The notes beneath the pieces were generated by a model, which was not told the DNA's origin, did not search any database, and worked only from the letters and a program-made list of their open reading frames with translations. This document shows positions 9,434-19,839 of a stretch of 64,000 nucleotides of DNA, in pieces. Positions within the stretch are counted from its first letter, which is position 1. Every line of letters begins with the position of its first letter. The DNA is from Armatimonadota bacterium. Its GTDB lineage: Bacteria > Armatimonadota > UBA5829 > DTLH01. The stretch covers positions 128,001 to 192,000 of the forward strand of contig JBBRAE010000001.1 in NCBI GenBank assembly GCA_038207085.1, read 5' to 3'. Made by a program: the position numbers and the translations under genes.

Positions 9434-10501
9434 GTGGATATTAGCCAGGAATGGAAAAACGCAATAGAGGCCATCGTCGCCGACCCGGGTATCACGCTCG
9501 TGATTGGCGACACGGACACCGGCAAGACCACATTCGTACTTGAACTCATCAACACTGCGGTTCGCGCGGGTGTTGCAACTGCGATTGTGGACGCGGACAT
9601 CGGCCAGGGCGAGGTCGGCCCGCCGTCGGTTGTCTCGATGGCATTGATCGATCATCCCTTGGAGGCTCTCCGTGAAGTCTCACCCCGGAGGATGTATTTC
9701 GTCGGCTCAACGTCTCCGTTCGGGCACATGCTGCCTCTAGCTGTTGGGGCGAAGAAGATGACCGATGAAGCGCTCGCCCGTGGCGCAAAGCTCGTGGTCG
9801 TCGATACCACAGGCCTGGTGCAGGGCACCTCAGGCCGGAGACTGAAGCAGCACAAGATCGAGCTTATCTCGCCCCGGCACGTTGTTGGGATATCCAAACG
9901 CCGTGAGATAGAGCACATCACCTCTGGCATCCGCCGAGTTGAGAGCATTAACCTGCACCAACTCAAGACTTCCCCTGAATCCAAACCCAAAGCCAGGGAG
10001 TTTCGTGCGGCCCGCAGGCAGAGACGATTCTTTGATTACTTTCGAGACGCCGAGCGCCATATCATTCGCCTTGACGATATAGTCTGCTGGAACACGTTTT
10101 TCACTACGGGCAGGAACGTGAAGTGGCAGCATTTCAGGGTGATCGAGCGGACTCTTCGGGCGAAGGTGCTTCACGCGGAGGTTGTCGGAGGGGGAATGTA
10201 TATCGTGGTCCAGTGCGGGCCGAATATGGCTGGGGTTGAGGCGTTAAAGAACAAATACGGCACACGGGAGTTCACAGTCGTCTGTGGGATGGACTTCTCC
10301 AACCTGCTGGTTGGGCTTGCCGATGCCCGGGGAAACACGATGGCGCTTGGGATCATCGAGGCAGTCGACTTCAAACAGCGGCATATGTCTGTTGTGACTC
10401 CCGTCGCTACGGTGACCCCGGTGAAGATTGTTCAGTTTGGATCAATGAGAGTTCGTCCCGATGGCACTGAGCTTGGGACTGTGAAACCAGGAGAGTTATG
10501 A
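9434..10501 (+). CDS. Clp1/Grc3/Nol9-family polynucleotide 5'-OH kinase
   Basis: Walker A GDTDTGKTT, DADIGQ.EVGPP, VDTTG, Arg-rich lid R...R.RRF, C-terminal LGII..VDF. Confidence 0.88.
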   Translation: MDISQEWKNAIEAIVADPGITLVIGDTDTGKTTFVLELINTAVRAGVATAIVDADIGQGEVGPPSVVSMALIDHPLEALREVSPRRMYFVGSTSPFGHMLPLAVGAKKMTDEALARGAKLVVVDTTGLVQGTSGRRLKQHKIELISPRHVVGISKRREIEHITSGIRRVESINLHQLKTSPESKPKAREFRAARRQRRFFDYFRDAERHIIRLDDIVCWNTFFTTGRNVKWQHFRVIERTLRAKVLHAEVVGGGMYIVVQCGPNMAGVEALKNKYGTREFTVVCGMDFSNLLVGLADARGNTMALGIIEAVDFKQRHMSVVTPVATVTPVKIVQFGSMRVRPDGTELGTVKPGEL

Positions 10502-11175
10502 CAGAGTTTTATGTGGTCCGGCACGGGGAAACCTCTTGGAACGCCGAAGCGCGTATACAGGGGCATACGGACGTGCCGCTTACAGAAAAGGGCATCGATC
10601 AGGCGAGGCGGGCCGGGCGCAAGCTCGCCGACGAATCGTTCGACGTTGTATATGCAAGTGACTTAGCGCGGGCATTCGTTACCGGCGAGGAGATCGCCGC
10701 GCCTCACGGGCTGAAAGTAGTCCCAACCCCGCTTCTTCGCGAGGCGAACTTGGGCGAGTGGCAGGGAATGACACTAAAAGAAGTCGCGGAGCGCTACCCG
10801 GAGCAGCATGCGGAGTATGTGAAAGACTCGATCGGTCACAGACCTCCGGGGGCTGAACGCCTTGAGGAAGTCATCGAGCGCTGTAGGGAGTTCATCGCAA
10901 TGGCTGTCGAGCGCCACCCTGAGGAAAGGCTCGCTGTTGCGGCGCATGGAGGATCGGTCCGGGGGCTTCTGGCCGCTGCACTGGGCCTGGGGCCAGAACT
11001 CTACAGGCGAATCAGGATGGATAACGGTAGCATCACAGTCTTTGACGTAGTAGGGGACCGCGCTACACTGCGACTCCTAAACGACACCTGCCACCTGACA
11101 GTTGACAAACTAGGCGACGGAGCCGACTGGGCGACCGAGGAGGACAAATGCGAGAAGACAAATACCACGGCGTGA
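10498..11175 (+). CDS. Histidine phosphatase (phosphoglycerate mutase/CobC-like)
   Basis: VRHGET.WN, QG..D.PL, SDL.RA, LRE..LG.W.G, HGG; ATGA-coupled to the Clp1 gene. Confidence 0.9.
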   Translation: MTEFYVVRHGETSWNAEARIQGHTDVPLTEKGIDQARRAGRKLADESFDVVYASDLARAFVTGEEIAAPHGLKVVPTPLLREANLGEWQGMTLKEVAERYPEQHAEYVKDSIGHRPPGAERLEEVIERCREFIAMAVERHPEERLAVAAHGGSVRGLLAAALGLGPELYRRIRMDNGSITVFDVVGDRATLRLLNDTCHLTVDKLGDGADWATEEDKCEKTNTTA

Positions 11176-12053
11176 TGGTGCCGCTCATAACTCCCGTAGA
11201 CGATCAGGATCGTATAGATGAGCCTGCACTTCGGGCGGTGGTCGATTACGTTATCGACGGCGGTGTCCACGGAATATTCATAGGAGGCTCGACCGGCGAA
11301 GGGCCACTTCTTGAGACCTCCGAATGGGTCAGGATGATGCAGGTCTGCTTTGACCAGACGCGTGGCCGCGTTCCGCTGTGGGCCGGAGTGATGGAGGATT
11401 CCACAAGACGAGCCATCGAGAAAGTCCGTATAGTTCGCGATCTCGGCTACAGTACCTACGTCGCAACGGCGAGCTATTATGTCCCGACACATGCCGCGTC
11501 TGAGCACTTGAGACACTTTGGCACGATCAGGGAGGCCGTTCCTGATATGGAGATGGTGGTCTACAATATCCCTCCGTGCACGGGGTCCTGCTTGTCGCTT
11601 GATACCATGCTCGACATGGCCCGGCGGGGGTGGATAAGATTTGTGAAAGACAGTTCAAACCGAAAGGATCTTACCATACCCTTGATAGAGCAGGGGAGAG
11701 ACATCGGACTCGGCGTCTTTGTCGGAAGCCACGAGATGACCGAGGAAACGATGCTCCTTGGGGCAGATGGAATAGTTCCTGGGCTTGCCAATTTCGAGCC
11801 CTATACTCTTGTTGAAGCGTATGACGCCGGAGTCGCTGGCGATCGCAAAAGACTATCTGTTGCGCAGCGTAGAATAGATTTCCTTGTCGGAGAGCTGGTT
11901 ACTGGGTATACATCGTGGATATCTGGGATAAAATATGCCGTAGCAACTCTTGGCATTGGCTCAGGGCGTCCCGTGACTCCGATCGAACCGGTAAACGACG
12001 AACAGAAGAGACGAATTGAATCGATTGTCCCTATCACTCGGGGACCACTTTGA
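11148..12053 (+). CDS. DapA/NanA-family class I aldolase/dehydratase
   Basis: GSTGE, YNIP, Schiff-base KDSS motif. Confidence 0.85.
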   Translation: MREDKYHGVMVPLITPVDDQDRIDEPALRAVVDYVIDGGVHGIFIGGSTGEGPLLETSEWVRMMQVCFDQTRGRVPLWAGVMEDSTRRAIEKVRIVRDLGYSTYVATASYYVPTHAASEHLRHFGTIREAVPDMEMVVYNIPPCTGSCLSLDTMLDMARRGWIRFVKDSSNRKDLTIPLIEQGRDIGLGVFVGSHEMTEETMLLGADGIVPGLANFEPYTLVEAYDAGVAGDRKRLSVAQRRIDFLVGELVTGYTSWISGIKYAVATLGIGSGRPVTPIEPVNDEQKRRIESIVPITRGPL

Positions 12054-12123
12054 GATACGTCGGCATCAGCCGGCACAGTGTGTGGCAGGCGACAGCGCTT
12101 GCTGCAGAGAGGATGTGACCAGA

Positions 12124-12558
12124 ATGGCACAGGCACAGATACAGAGCGGCGATACAGTAAAGGTCCACTATACTGGCAGACTTGATGACGGTAGCGTGTT
12201 TGACAGCTCAGTCGGGCGCGACCCGATCGAGTTCACCATAGGGGAGGGGAGGGTAATCCCTGGTTTTGAGGACGCAGTCCTCGGGGCGGCTAGTGGGGAT
12301 ACCAAAACTGCCACCATTCCGTCCGACAAGGCCTACGGCCCGCATCGGGAAGAGATGGTGGTGCACGTCGACCGCTCTAACCTTCCGGATGGGCTCGATC
12401 CCGACATTGGTGATCAGCTTCAGATGACGACTCAAGAGGGGATGCCGGTCGTTGTGACCGTTGTCGAAGTTGACGAGGGCAGCATCACGCTCGATGCGAA
12501 TCACCCGCTTGCAGGAAAAGACCTCACATTTGACATCGAAGTAGTGGAAATAGTTTAG
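12124..12558 (+). CDS. slyD: FKBP-type peptidyl-prolyl isomerase (SlyD-like, no His-rich tail)
   Basis: VHYTG.L.DG.VFDSS, IPGFE, AYG, DANHPLAGK.LTF. Confidence 0.92.
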   Translation: MAQAQIQSGDTVKVHYTGRLDDGSVFDSSVGRDPIEFTIGEGRVIPGFEDAVLGAASGDTKTATIPSDKAYGPHREEMVVHVDRSNLPDGLDPDIGDQLQMTTQEGMPVVVTVVEVDEGSITLDANHPLAGKDLTFDIEVVEIV

Positions 12559-12566
12559 GTTCAATG

Positions 12567-12604
12567 AAGGGCTAGGGGAGGGAACTCCTCACCCCTAGCC
12601 CTTT
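12567..12604. terminator. Bidirectional hairpin between slyD and iorB
   Basis: aagggctagggg...cccctagcccttt. Confidence 0.7.
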
Positions 12605-12611
12605 GATTCGT

Positions 12612-13190
12612 TTACTGTAGATCTCGACCAGCCGCAAATGCCTTGTCGTTGACTTCGCGGTGCTTGGCTGGCACGAGCTCTGATATCGCCTGCTGCCACG
12701 CTTCAGCAGGGATTTCAAGCGACTTGGAAAGCGCGCCGGTCATGATCATATTCACCGTTCTGATATTGCCGAGCTCACGAGCGATATCGAGCCCGTTGAT
12801 GATTCTATGATTGGAATAGGCCCGACTGATCCGGTCCTCGATATCATCAACCCACTGCTGCTGACCACTCGATACTGTCACGGGGATAATGTTTTGCCGA
12901 TTGATCAGCGCAACGCCTTCCGGCGCGACCGTGTCAGCGTAGCGCAGCGATTCCAAAAGCTCAAAGCTCACCAGGAAGTGCGTCTCACCTTCTGGAATAA
13001 GGGGCGAATATACTTTTTCTCCGATTCTGACCTGGCTAACGACGCTACCGCCGCGCTGAGCCATGCCGTGAACTTCGCTCTTTTTCACGTCTGAGCCGGC
13101 GAGCATAGCCGCACGGGATATGACTTCGCTTGCAAGCAGTGTTCCCTGTCCGCCAACTCCCACTAGCGCGATATTTATCGTCTTCTTCAT
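12612..13190 (-). CDS. iorB: Indolepyruvate ferredoxin oxidoreductase beta subunit
   Basis: GVGGQG, KKSEVHGMAQRGGSV; ATGA overlap with the iorA stop. Confidence 0.93.
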   Translation of the reverse strand: MKKTINIALVGVGGQGTLLASEVISRAAMLAGSDVKKSEVHGMAQRGGSVVSQVRIGEKVYSPLIPEGETHFLVSFELLESLRYADTVAPEGVALINRQNIIPVTVSSGQQQWVDDIEDRISRAYSNHRIINGLDIARELGNIRTVNMIMTGALSKSLEIPAEAWQQAISELVPAKHREVNDKAFAAGRDLQ

Positions 13191-14986
13191 CGACCGGCCT
13201 CCTGCAAAACGTTCTCTTTCACTGCACCGTATTCGCATATCTGATTGCACATGCCGCAGCCCGCACACAGAACGGGGTTCACCTTGACTTTGCGAAGTTT
13301 CGGCTTCTCCGGGTCGGCCTCACCGATCTCAAGCGCGGGGCATCCCAGTTTCAGACACTTACGACAACCCTTGCAGGCATCCAGATCGATCACAAACTGC
13401 CGCGTAACGGCAATCCTCGCACCAAGAACGCACGGGCGCTTGGCGACTATGAGAGACGGTTCGGCGGTTTCAAGCTCTTCTTTGAGCACCTTCTCGACCT
13501 CGGCGACATCGTAGCAGTCGATCACACGCACGCGGTCGACGCCGACGCCTTTAGCTACCTGCTCTACCGAAATCTGTTTGGTAGGCTCGCCCATAAGCGT
13601 CCGACCAGTTCCGGGGTTGTCCTGGTGACCGGTCATTGCAGTCGTTCGGTTGTCGACGACGATAACGGTGCTAATTCCCTTATTGTAGACAATGTTCAAT
13701 AGCCCGGTTATGCCTGAATGGAAGAACGTGGAATCTCCGAGGACCGCGGCGACTTTGTTATTGTAACCAGCCTTCTCAAAACCGAACGCGTTTCCGACAC
13801 TTGCACCCATACAGACGATTGTGTCCATAGACTCCAGCGGCTTGAACGCACCGAGGCTGTAGCAGCCGATGTCGCCTGTAACGGTCACTCCAAGGTTGCT
13901 CAGCGCACGAAACACGCTTCTGTGGCCGCATCCGGCGCAGAGCACGGGAGGCCTTGCGGGGAGTCCATCGCCCACTCCCTTAGAAACGATTACGGGAGCT
14001 GTTCCACCCAGGATCTCAACACGCAATTGCTCCATCCTGAGCGGGTTCAGTTCACCCATGTTAAGCTGTGTCGCGTAATCTTGAACAACAATACCCATCG
14101 CCCTGATCTGTTCGTCAAGGAACGGGTCGAGCTCCTCTATGATATAGAGCTTTGTTACACTTTGGGCGAAGTTCTTGATCAAGTCCTTGGGTAGGGGGTT
14201 AGTGAAACCGAGCTTCAGGACGCTAGCCTCCGGGAACACCTCTTTGACGTACTCATAGGTCACGCCTGAGGTGATAATGCCGATATCGTTTGATCCGCGC
14301 TCTATACGGTTAAGTGGCGACTTCTCGGCAAACTGGCGCAGCGCCTCGGTGCGCTCCTCTACCTTGACTCGCATTTTGCGAGCAAAGACGGGAACGGGGA
14401 CAGTCTTCTCGATGTCCTTCACGTAAGTGAGCCCGTTAGGGGGCATGGGTGTGAAGTCACCGAGGTCGACGATGCCAGACGCGTGCGATGTCCTGGTGGT
14501 CATCCTCACGATAATCGGGGTCTTATACTCCTCGGAGATGGCGAACGCCTCTACGGTCATATCGTAGGCTTCCTGGCTGTCTGCCGGTTCGAGCAGGGGG
14601 ACTTTCGCGAAGCGGGCGAAGAACCTGTTATCCTGTTCGTTTTGGGAACTGTGCATGCCTGGGTCATCGGCTGATATGATGACCATTCCGCCGTTGGCCC
14701 CAAGATAAGAGAACGTCATAAGCGGGTCGGCTGCGACGTTCAGTCCCACGTGTTTCATCGCCGTAAGCGTCCGAACACCAGCGAACGAAGCGCCGATCAC
14801 GACTTCCATCGCGACTTTTTCGTTGACGGACCACTCACAGTAGATATGCGACTTGAACTTGCTAACGTTCTCCAGGATCTCCGTGCTCGGAGTGCCGGGA
14901 TACGCCGCCGCCACCTTGCACCCGGCCCGAAAAGCCGCGTGCGCGATAGCCTCGTTCCCGGATAGAAACTTCTTGTTGTTTACCAT
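13187..14986 (-). CDS. iorA: Indolepyruvate ferredoxin oxidoreductase alpha subunit
   Basis: GNEAIA, YPGTPSTE, MKHVGLNVAAD, SSQNEQD, GDIGCY, GDSTFFH, two C-terminal 4Fe-4S motifs. Confidence 0.95.
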   Translation of the reverse strand: MVNNKKFLSGNEAIAHAAFRAGCKVAAAYPGTPSTEILENVSKFKSHIYCEWSVNEKVAMEVVIGASFAGVRTLTAMKHVGLNVAADPLMTFSYLGANGGMVIISADDPGMHSSQNEQDNRFFARFAKVPLLEPADSQEAYDMTVEAFAISEEYKTPIIVRMTTRTSHASGIVDLGDFTPMPPNGLTYVKDIEKTVPVPVFARKMRVKVEERTEALRQFAEKSPLNRIERGSNDIGIITSGVTYEYVKEVFPEASVLKLGFTNPLPKDLIKNFAQSVTKLYIIEELDPFLDEQIRAMGIVVQDYATQLNMGELNPLRMEQLRVEILGGTAPVIVSKGVGDGLPARPPVLCAGCGHRSVFRALSNLGVTVTGDIGCYSLGAFKPLESMDTIVCMGASVGNAFGFEKAGYNNKVAAVLGDSTFFHSGITGLLNIVYNKGISTVIVVDNRTTAMTGHQDNPGTGRTLMGEPTKQISVEQVAKGVGVDRVRVIDCYDVAEVEKVLKEELETAEPSLIVAKRPCVLGARIAVTRQFVIDLDACKGCRKCLKLGCPALEIGEADPEKPKLRKVKVNPVLCAGCGMCNQICEYGAVKENVLQEAGR

Positions 14987-15233
14987 TTAAAACTGATCCC
15001 TGGGAGGCAAAAAATACGCCCGGTCAGTAACAACCCGAGCGCGCGCCGAAGTTGATTTGTGCTGCATGAATTCTATCGCATTTTGACGAGTAAACGCAAG
15101 TGAGAAACGACGTGTGTGAGGCGGTGGGGCGGCGTGGCGCTCGTGTCATTTTCTGCCGAATACTCAAGTTAACATAAGTAGTATTATCGGACATTGCCGT
15201 TAGGCCTATAAACAAAGTAATCCGAGATCTGCT

Positions 15234-15270
15234 AAAAACCGCCGACAGCGAGCGCTAGCGGCGGTTTTTT
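15234..15270. terminator. Intrinsic terminator with T-tracts on both strands
   Basis: aaaaaccgcc...gcggtttttt hairpin. Confidence 0.75.
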
Positions 15271-15294
15271 GATACTTAAACTATTCTTTGTCGA

Positions 15295-15495
15295 TCAGGA
15301 CTCAGTGTGCAACTTTGCGGTTGCGATGTTCTCGAGTTCCTTGATCTTGTCGTAGGCACGGCTGATTGCGTCCTGAACGTCCTTAATAGGCTGCTCAGAG
15401 TGAGCTTTCATATACCATACGATTGCGGCCGAGACCAGCGTTACGCCGGCTGCAGCTCCGAGCATCACTGCGAGGGTCTTTTTATCTTGTGCCAA
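15295..15495 (-). CDS. Small hypothetical single-TM protein
   Basis: 66 aa, one hydrophobic helix plus amphipathic tail; AGGAG RBS. Confidence 0.6.
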   Translation of the reverse strand: MAQDKKTLAVMLGAAAGVTLVSAAIVWYMKAHSEQPIKDVQDAISRAYDKIKELENIATAKLHTES

Positions 15496-15537
15496 TGTCG
15501 TCTCCTGAGCTAACGGGACGAATCCCGTGACTTTGAC

Positions 15538-15948
15538 TTACCTTATCTCGAATCTCTTTTCGCCGCCGGGGCCGCCGTCCATCGAGCTGAATATCCGCTT
15601 GACGAACGAGACAAGCTCCATCGGGTTAAACGGTTTGGTAAGGTAGCAGTCGACACCGGACCGCCATCCCTTAAAGATATCCTCGTCCTGGGTTTTTGCA
15701 GTGAGCAAAATAACCGGGATATTTCGTGTGGAATGATTGCGTCTAAGGTTCTGGAGCACCTCGAAGCCGTCCATATACGGCATCATTACATCCAAAACCA
15801 CGAGGTCAGGCCGTTCCTCTTCGACTTTCTTTAGCGCCTCTTTGCCGTCGCTTGCGGTGACTACTTGAAACCCCTGCCGCTCAAGGTTCACTTGAACGAG
15901 CCGGACTATGTTCTTTTCGTCATCAACGGCTAGTATCTTTCTAGGCAT
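15538..15948 (-). CDS. Stand-alone response regulator receiver protein
   Basis: VDDE, LDVMMP.MDG, LTAK, YLTKPF; no output domain. Confidence 0.92.
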   Translation of the reverse strand: MPRKILAVDDEKNIVRLVQVNLERQGFQVVTASDGKEALKKVEEERPDLVVLDVMMPYMDGFEVLQNLRRNHSTRNIPVILLTAKTQDEDIFKGWRSGVDCYLTKPFNPMELVSFVKRIFSSMDGGPGGEKRFEIR

Positions 15949-15981
15949 TCAGGTCGAGCCTCCTCTTGGACTTTCGTGCTC

Positions 15982-16011
15982 AGTATAACACGCTCAACAA
16001 ACTGGTGTCAA
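15982..16011 (-). promoter_or_regulatory. Sigma70-type promoter for the response regulator
   Basis: TTGACA-N18-TATACT on the minus strand. Confidence 0.6.
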
Positions 16012-16695
16012 TTACAGGTTGACAGCGGTGGCGCGCAACCTTGCATACTTGTTATCGGCTAGATGGCGAGCGATCTGGAGCTCATTCTCGCTCAAAACAT
16101 CATCACGTATATTGGCAGTGAACACCCTTTCCATGTGGTGAGTAATCGAATCTATGAGTCTTTCTCTCTCGATTCCCAACAGCACAAGTGAGTTCTGTTG
16201 AAGCACCGCACCTGACCTGCGAACCTGGGCGCTCCCGAACACCTTGCGTTCTCCAACTACCAGTTCATAATCAAGCGTCAGATCAAAGCATGCGCCAATG
16301 CTCCGAACAGAACTCGGTGGCGTAGTAACTCGGCACATCCTTGCCGGCACACCAACCTCAACGAGCGCCCGCTGCACCGCTTCAGCCGTCTTTCTGTATG
16401 ACTCAATAATAGGGGAGCCAAGTTCCCTCGATGAAACGATCGCGCTGAAGGTAAGATCGCCACCGTGACGAACCGCCCTGCCGCCGGTCGGTCGCCGTAC
16501 GAGACATCTCCCCCACCCTTCAGGGACGTTCTCTATGGGCTGCAGGCGGCCGATGCTGACCCAGGGCTCGCTCCAGCCGTAGAACCTGAGTGTGGGCGGC
16601 GAGGCGCCATCGATAAACGACTGAAATATCGCCTCATCCACCGCCATGTTCCACGGGCCATCAGCCTCGACGTAGGGTATCAGTCGCCAAGACAT
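16012..16695 (-). CDS. Lipoate-protein ligase / octanoyltransferase (LipM/LplA family)
   Basis: [31 protein letters not shown]; follows the gcv genes. Confidence 0.88.
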   Translation of the reverse strand: MSWRLIPYVEADGPWNMAVDEAIFQSFIDGASPPTLRFYGWSEPWVSIGRLQPIENVPEGWGRCLVRRPTGGRAVRHGGDLTFSAIVSSRELGSPIIESYRKTAEAVQRALVEVGVPARMCRVTTPPSSVRSIGACFDLTLDYELVVGERKVFGSAQVRRSGAVLQQNSLVLLGIERERLIDSITHHMERVFTANIRDDVLSENELQIARHLADNKYARLRATAVNL

Positions 16696-18119
16696 GTCAG
16701 AATCGGCTTTCTGGCTGCGGTGGTCTCGTCGACACGCCGGACCGGTGTGTTGTGCGGCGCGGACTTGATGACTTCGGGATCTTCCCTGGTCTCCCTGTCG
16801 ATCTCACGCATTGCAGCGATAAAGGCGTCGAGAGTCTCCTTGCTCTCAGTTTCGGTGGGCTCGATCATCAGCGCCTCATCGACGATCAACGGGAAGTAGA
16901 TTGTCGGGGGATGGAAACCGAAGTCCAGCAGGCGTTTTGCGATGTCTAGCGCCCTTATTCCCTCCTTGCGGTAATACTTGCCGGTCGATACAAATTCGTG
17001 CATGCATCGCTCGCCGTAGGGAATCGGCAATATATCTTTCAAATGCGCCATGACATAGTTGGCGTTCAAGACGGCGTTGTCAGAGACCTCGCGAAGTCCC
17101 TCTGGCCCGAGTGTGCGAATATAGGCGTAGGCGCGGACCATCACCAGGAAGTTGCCGTAGAACGAGTGCAGCCTGCCTATGGACTGGGGACGATCGTTAT
17201 CGAAGCGATATCCCGAATCAGTGTGCTTGATAACGGGCGTCGGCAGAAACGGGCGAAGAATCTCTTTCACCGCGACCGGCCCAGCGCCTGGTCCCCCACC
17301 CCCATGAGGCGTGGAAAATGTCTTGTGCAGGTTGAAATGCATCACATCAAAGCCCAGATCACCGGGACGCGCGCGCCCGAGTATCGCGTTCATATTCGCT
17401 CCGTCGCAGTAGACAAGTGCGCCAGCGTCGTGCACCATCTGAGTTATCTTCACGACGTCCTTTTCGAACAGGCCGAGGGTATTGGGGTTCGTGAGCATCA
17501 CTCCGGCAACGTCCGGCCCAAGCATGGAGGCAAGTAGGGCAACATCGACCATCCCCTCTGGGCTGGATGAGAGCTTGCGCACCTCAAAGCCGCAGCGGTG
17601 GGCGGTAGCCGGATTGGTACCGTGAGCCGAATCGGGCACAAGGACGACCTTTCGAGCCTCGTCGCACCTGGACTGATGATACGCCTTGATCATCAGCATC
17701 CCGCAGAGCTCGCCGAGCGCTCCGGCGGCGGGTTGGAGCGTCACAGCGTCCATCCCACCGATCTCAGCGAGGAAGCTCTCAAGCTCGCTCATAAGCGCGA
17801 GTGCCCCCTGCACCGTGTCCTCAGGCTGCAGCGGATGGAGGGCGGCAAACCCTCGCATGGCGGCGATTCGCTCGTTGACCTTCGGGTTGTACTTCATAGT
17901 GCAGGATCCAAGCGGGTAGAAGTTGCCATCAATCGAGAACTGCCGGTGTGCGAGATGCACAAAATGCCGGACGACATCGAGTTCATAGACCTCAGGGAGT
18001 TCAAGCCTCTCCCGAAGCGACTCCTGCGGGACCTCGGACTCTGGCACATCCAGCGCAGGCAGCGTGCAGCCCACCCTACCCCGCCGTGACAGCTCATAGA
18101 TCAGCGGTTCGTCGTTCAT
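16680..18119 (-). CDS. gcvPB: Glycine dehydrogenase (decarboxylating) subunit 2
   Basis: [43 protein letters not shown]. Confidence 0.96.
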   Translation of the reverse strand: MNDEPLIYELSRRGRVGCTLPALDVPESEVPQESLRERLELPEVYELDVVRHFVHLAHRQFSIDGNFYPLGSCTMKYNPKVNERIAAMRGFAALHPLQPEDTVQGALALMSELESFLAEIGGMDAVTLQPAAGALGELCGMLMIKAYHQSRCDEARKVVLVPDSAHGTNPATAHRCGFEVRKLSSSPEGMVDVALLASMLGPDVAGVMLTNPNTLGLFEKDVVKITQMVHDAGALVYCDGANMNAILGRARPGDLGFDVMHFNLHKTFSTPHGGGGPGAGPVAVKEILRPFLPTPVIKHTDSGYRFDNDRPQSIGRLHSFYGNFLVMVRAYAYIRTLGPEGLREVSDNAVLNANYVMAHLKDILPIPYGERCMHEFVSTGKYYRKEGIRALDIAKRLLDFGFHPPTIYFPLIVDEALMIEPTETESKETLDAFIAAMREIDRETREDPEVIKSAPHNTPVRRVDETTAARKPILTCLGD

Positions 18120-19474
18120 GGGAGCGCCTCCACCAGCCTGTCTATATCCCGCTTGGTGCGCTTCTCCGTCACGCATATCAGCATTCTCCCTGCCAACTCG
18201 GGGTAGTACGCGCCAAGATCGAGCCCACCGAGGATGTTGTGCTCAAGCAATCTATCGTTGACTTCAGAGACGGGCCGGTCGCACCTTACCACGAACTCTT
18301 TAAAGAATGGGCTGTTCCACTCAAGCGTATATCCCCGCTTCGATGCGATACTATCTGCCGCGTAGTGGGCCTTGTGGAAACAAAGTTCAGCGACCTGGCG
18401 AAGCCCGTTTGACCCGAGTGCGGACATATAGACCGTCGTCGCAAGCGCGACAAGCGCCTGGTTGGTGCAGATATTGGAAGTCGCCTTCTCGCGTCGAATA
18501 TGCTGCTCCCGGGTCTGCAGAGTGAGCGTAAAGCAGCGGCGACCTTCGGCATCTGTCGTCTGCCCGACCAGCCTGCCGGGTGTGTGCCAGACGTGTTCCT
18601 TCCTGCATGCGAAAAGACCGAGGAACGGCCCGCCAAAGCCTGTATTCACGCCGAGTGCCTGTCCTTCACCCACCACAATATCCGCGCCGTATTCCCCCGG
18701 TGGCTTGAGCATTCCGAGCGCAATCGGGTCGACGCTTACGATCAACAAGGCGCCCGCATTATGCGTCAATTCAGCGATGTCGCCCAACTTCTCGATGCTT
18801 CCAAAGAATGAAGGGTATTGCACGATAACACATGCGGCTTGATCAGAGAGCTTTGATGTGAGGTCATCCAAATCTGTCACCCCGTCACGGGTCACGATCT
18901 CATCTATCTCGATTCCCAGACCAGTGACATAGGTTCGAAGCACCTGACGGTAGTTGGGATGAACCCCGCGGGAGGCTAACACGCGCCGACGGCCACTGAT
19001 ACCATAGGCCATGATCGCCGCCTCGCCGACGGCTGTTCCGGCATCGTAGAGGCTGGCGTTTGAGACCTCCATTCCGGTGAGCGCCGAGATCATGCTCTGA
19101 TACTCAAAGATCGTCTGCAGGACTCCCTGGCTTGCCTCGGGCTGATAGGGCGTATAGGTGGTCTGAAACTCAGAGCGTGACACGACCGAATCGACGACTG
19201 CCGGTATGTAGTGATCATACGCGCCAGCACCAAGAAAGCAGACGAGATTGTCCAGACTCTGGTTCACCTGTGCGAGCCCGGCGGCAAGCGCTACGACATC
19301 CTGCTCTCCAAGGCCCGGTGGTAAGTCGAGCGCATGGGCGAAACGAGCCTCTTCTGGAATTTGCTCGAAGATCTCATCAATGCTCGCCGCACCGATGTCT
19401 TGAAGCATCTCGCGTCGGTCGTCATCGGTTGCTGGAATATATGAAAGCCTACTCCGGTTCGATGTATTGCTCAT
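18116..19474 (-). CDS. gcvPA: Glycine dehydrogenase (decarboxylating) subunit 1
   Basis: [29 protein letters not shown]. Confidence 0.96.
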   Translation of the reverse strand: MSNTSNRSRLSYIPATDDDRREMLQDIGAASIDEIFEQIPEEARFAHALDLPPGLGEQDVVALAAGLAQVNQSLDNLVCFLGAGAYDHYIPAVVDSVVSRSEFQTTYTPYQPEASQGVLQTIFEYQSMISALTGMEVSNASLYDAGTAVGEAAIMAYGISGRRRVLASRGVHPNYRQVLRTYVTGLGIEIDEIVTRDGVTDLDDLTSKLSDQAACVIVQYPSFFGSIEKLGDIAELTHNAGALLIVSVDPIALGMLKPPGEYGADIVVGEGQALGVNTGFGGPFLGLFACRKEHVWHTPGRLVGQTTDAEGRRCFTLTLQTREQHIRREKATSNICTNQALVALATTVYMSALGSNGLRQVAELCFHKAHYAADSIASKRGYTLEWNSPFFKEFVVRCDRPVSEVNDRLLEHNILGGLDLGAYYPELAGRMLICVTEKRTKRDIDRLVEALP

Positions 19475-19829
19475 ATTCGTCGCTTGTCATCAGGTCGTCC
19501 AGTTCAGCAGGGTCAGAGAGCTTGACTATAATCATCCAGCCTGCGCCGTATGGGTCTTCATTGATCAGTTCCGGGCTCTCCACGATGTCATCGTTCCGCT
19601 CAACGACTTCACCCGTAACTGGGGACATAATGTCAGACACCGCCTTAACCGAGTCAACGCTTCCAAACGGGTCCCCAGCACGCACAGTCGCTCCAATTGC
19701 GGGAAGTTCAACGTTTACGATGTCGCCGAGTTCGTCCTTTGCAAACTCCGTAATGCCGACAGTACCGAGATCGCCCAATACCTTGACCCACTCGTGGCTT
19801 TTGCTATACTTCACGTCTTCAGGATGCAT
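19449..19829 (-). CDS. gcvH: Glycine cleavage system H protein
   Basis: HEW, GIT.FA, lipoyl-Lys motif SVKAVSD, N.DPY..GW; ATG at 19829 after GGAGG. Confidence 0.95.
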   Translation of the reverse strand: MHPEDVKYSKSHEWVKVLGDLGTVGITEFAKDELGDIVNVELPAIGATVRAGDPFGSVDSVKAVSDIMSPVTGEVVERNDDIVESPELINEDPYGAGWMIIVKLSDPAELDDLMTSDEYEQYIEPE

Positions 19830-19839
19830 CCAGTCCTCC

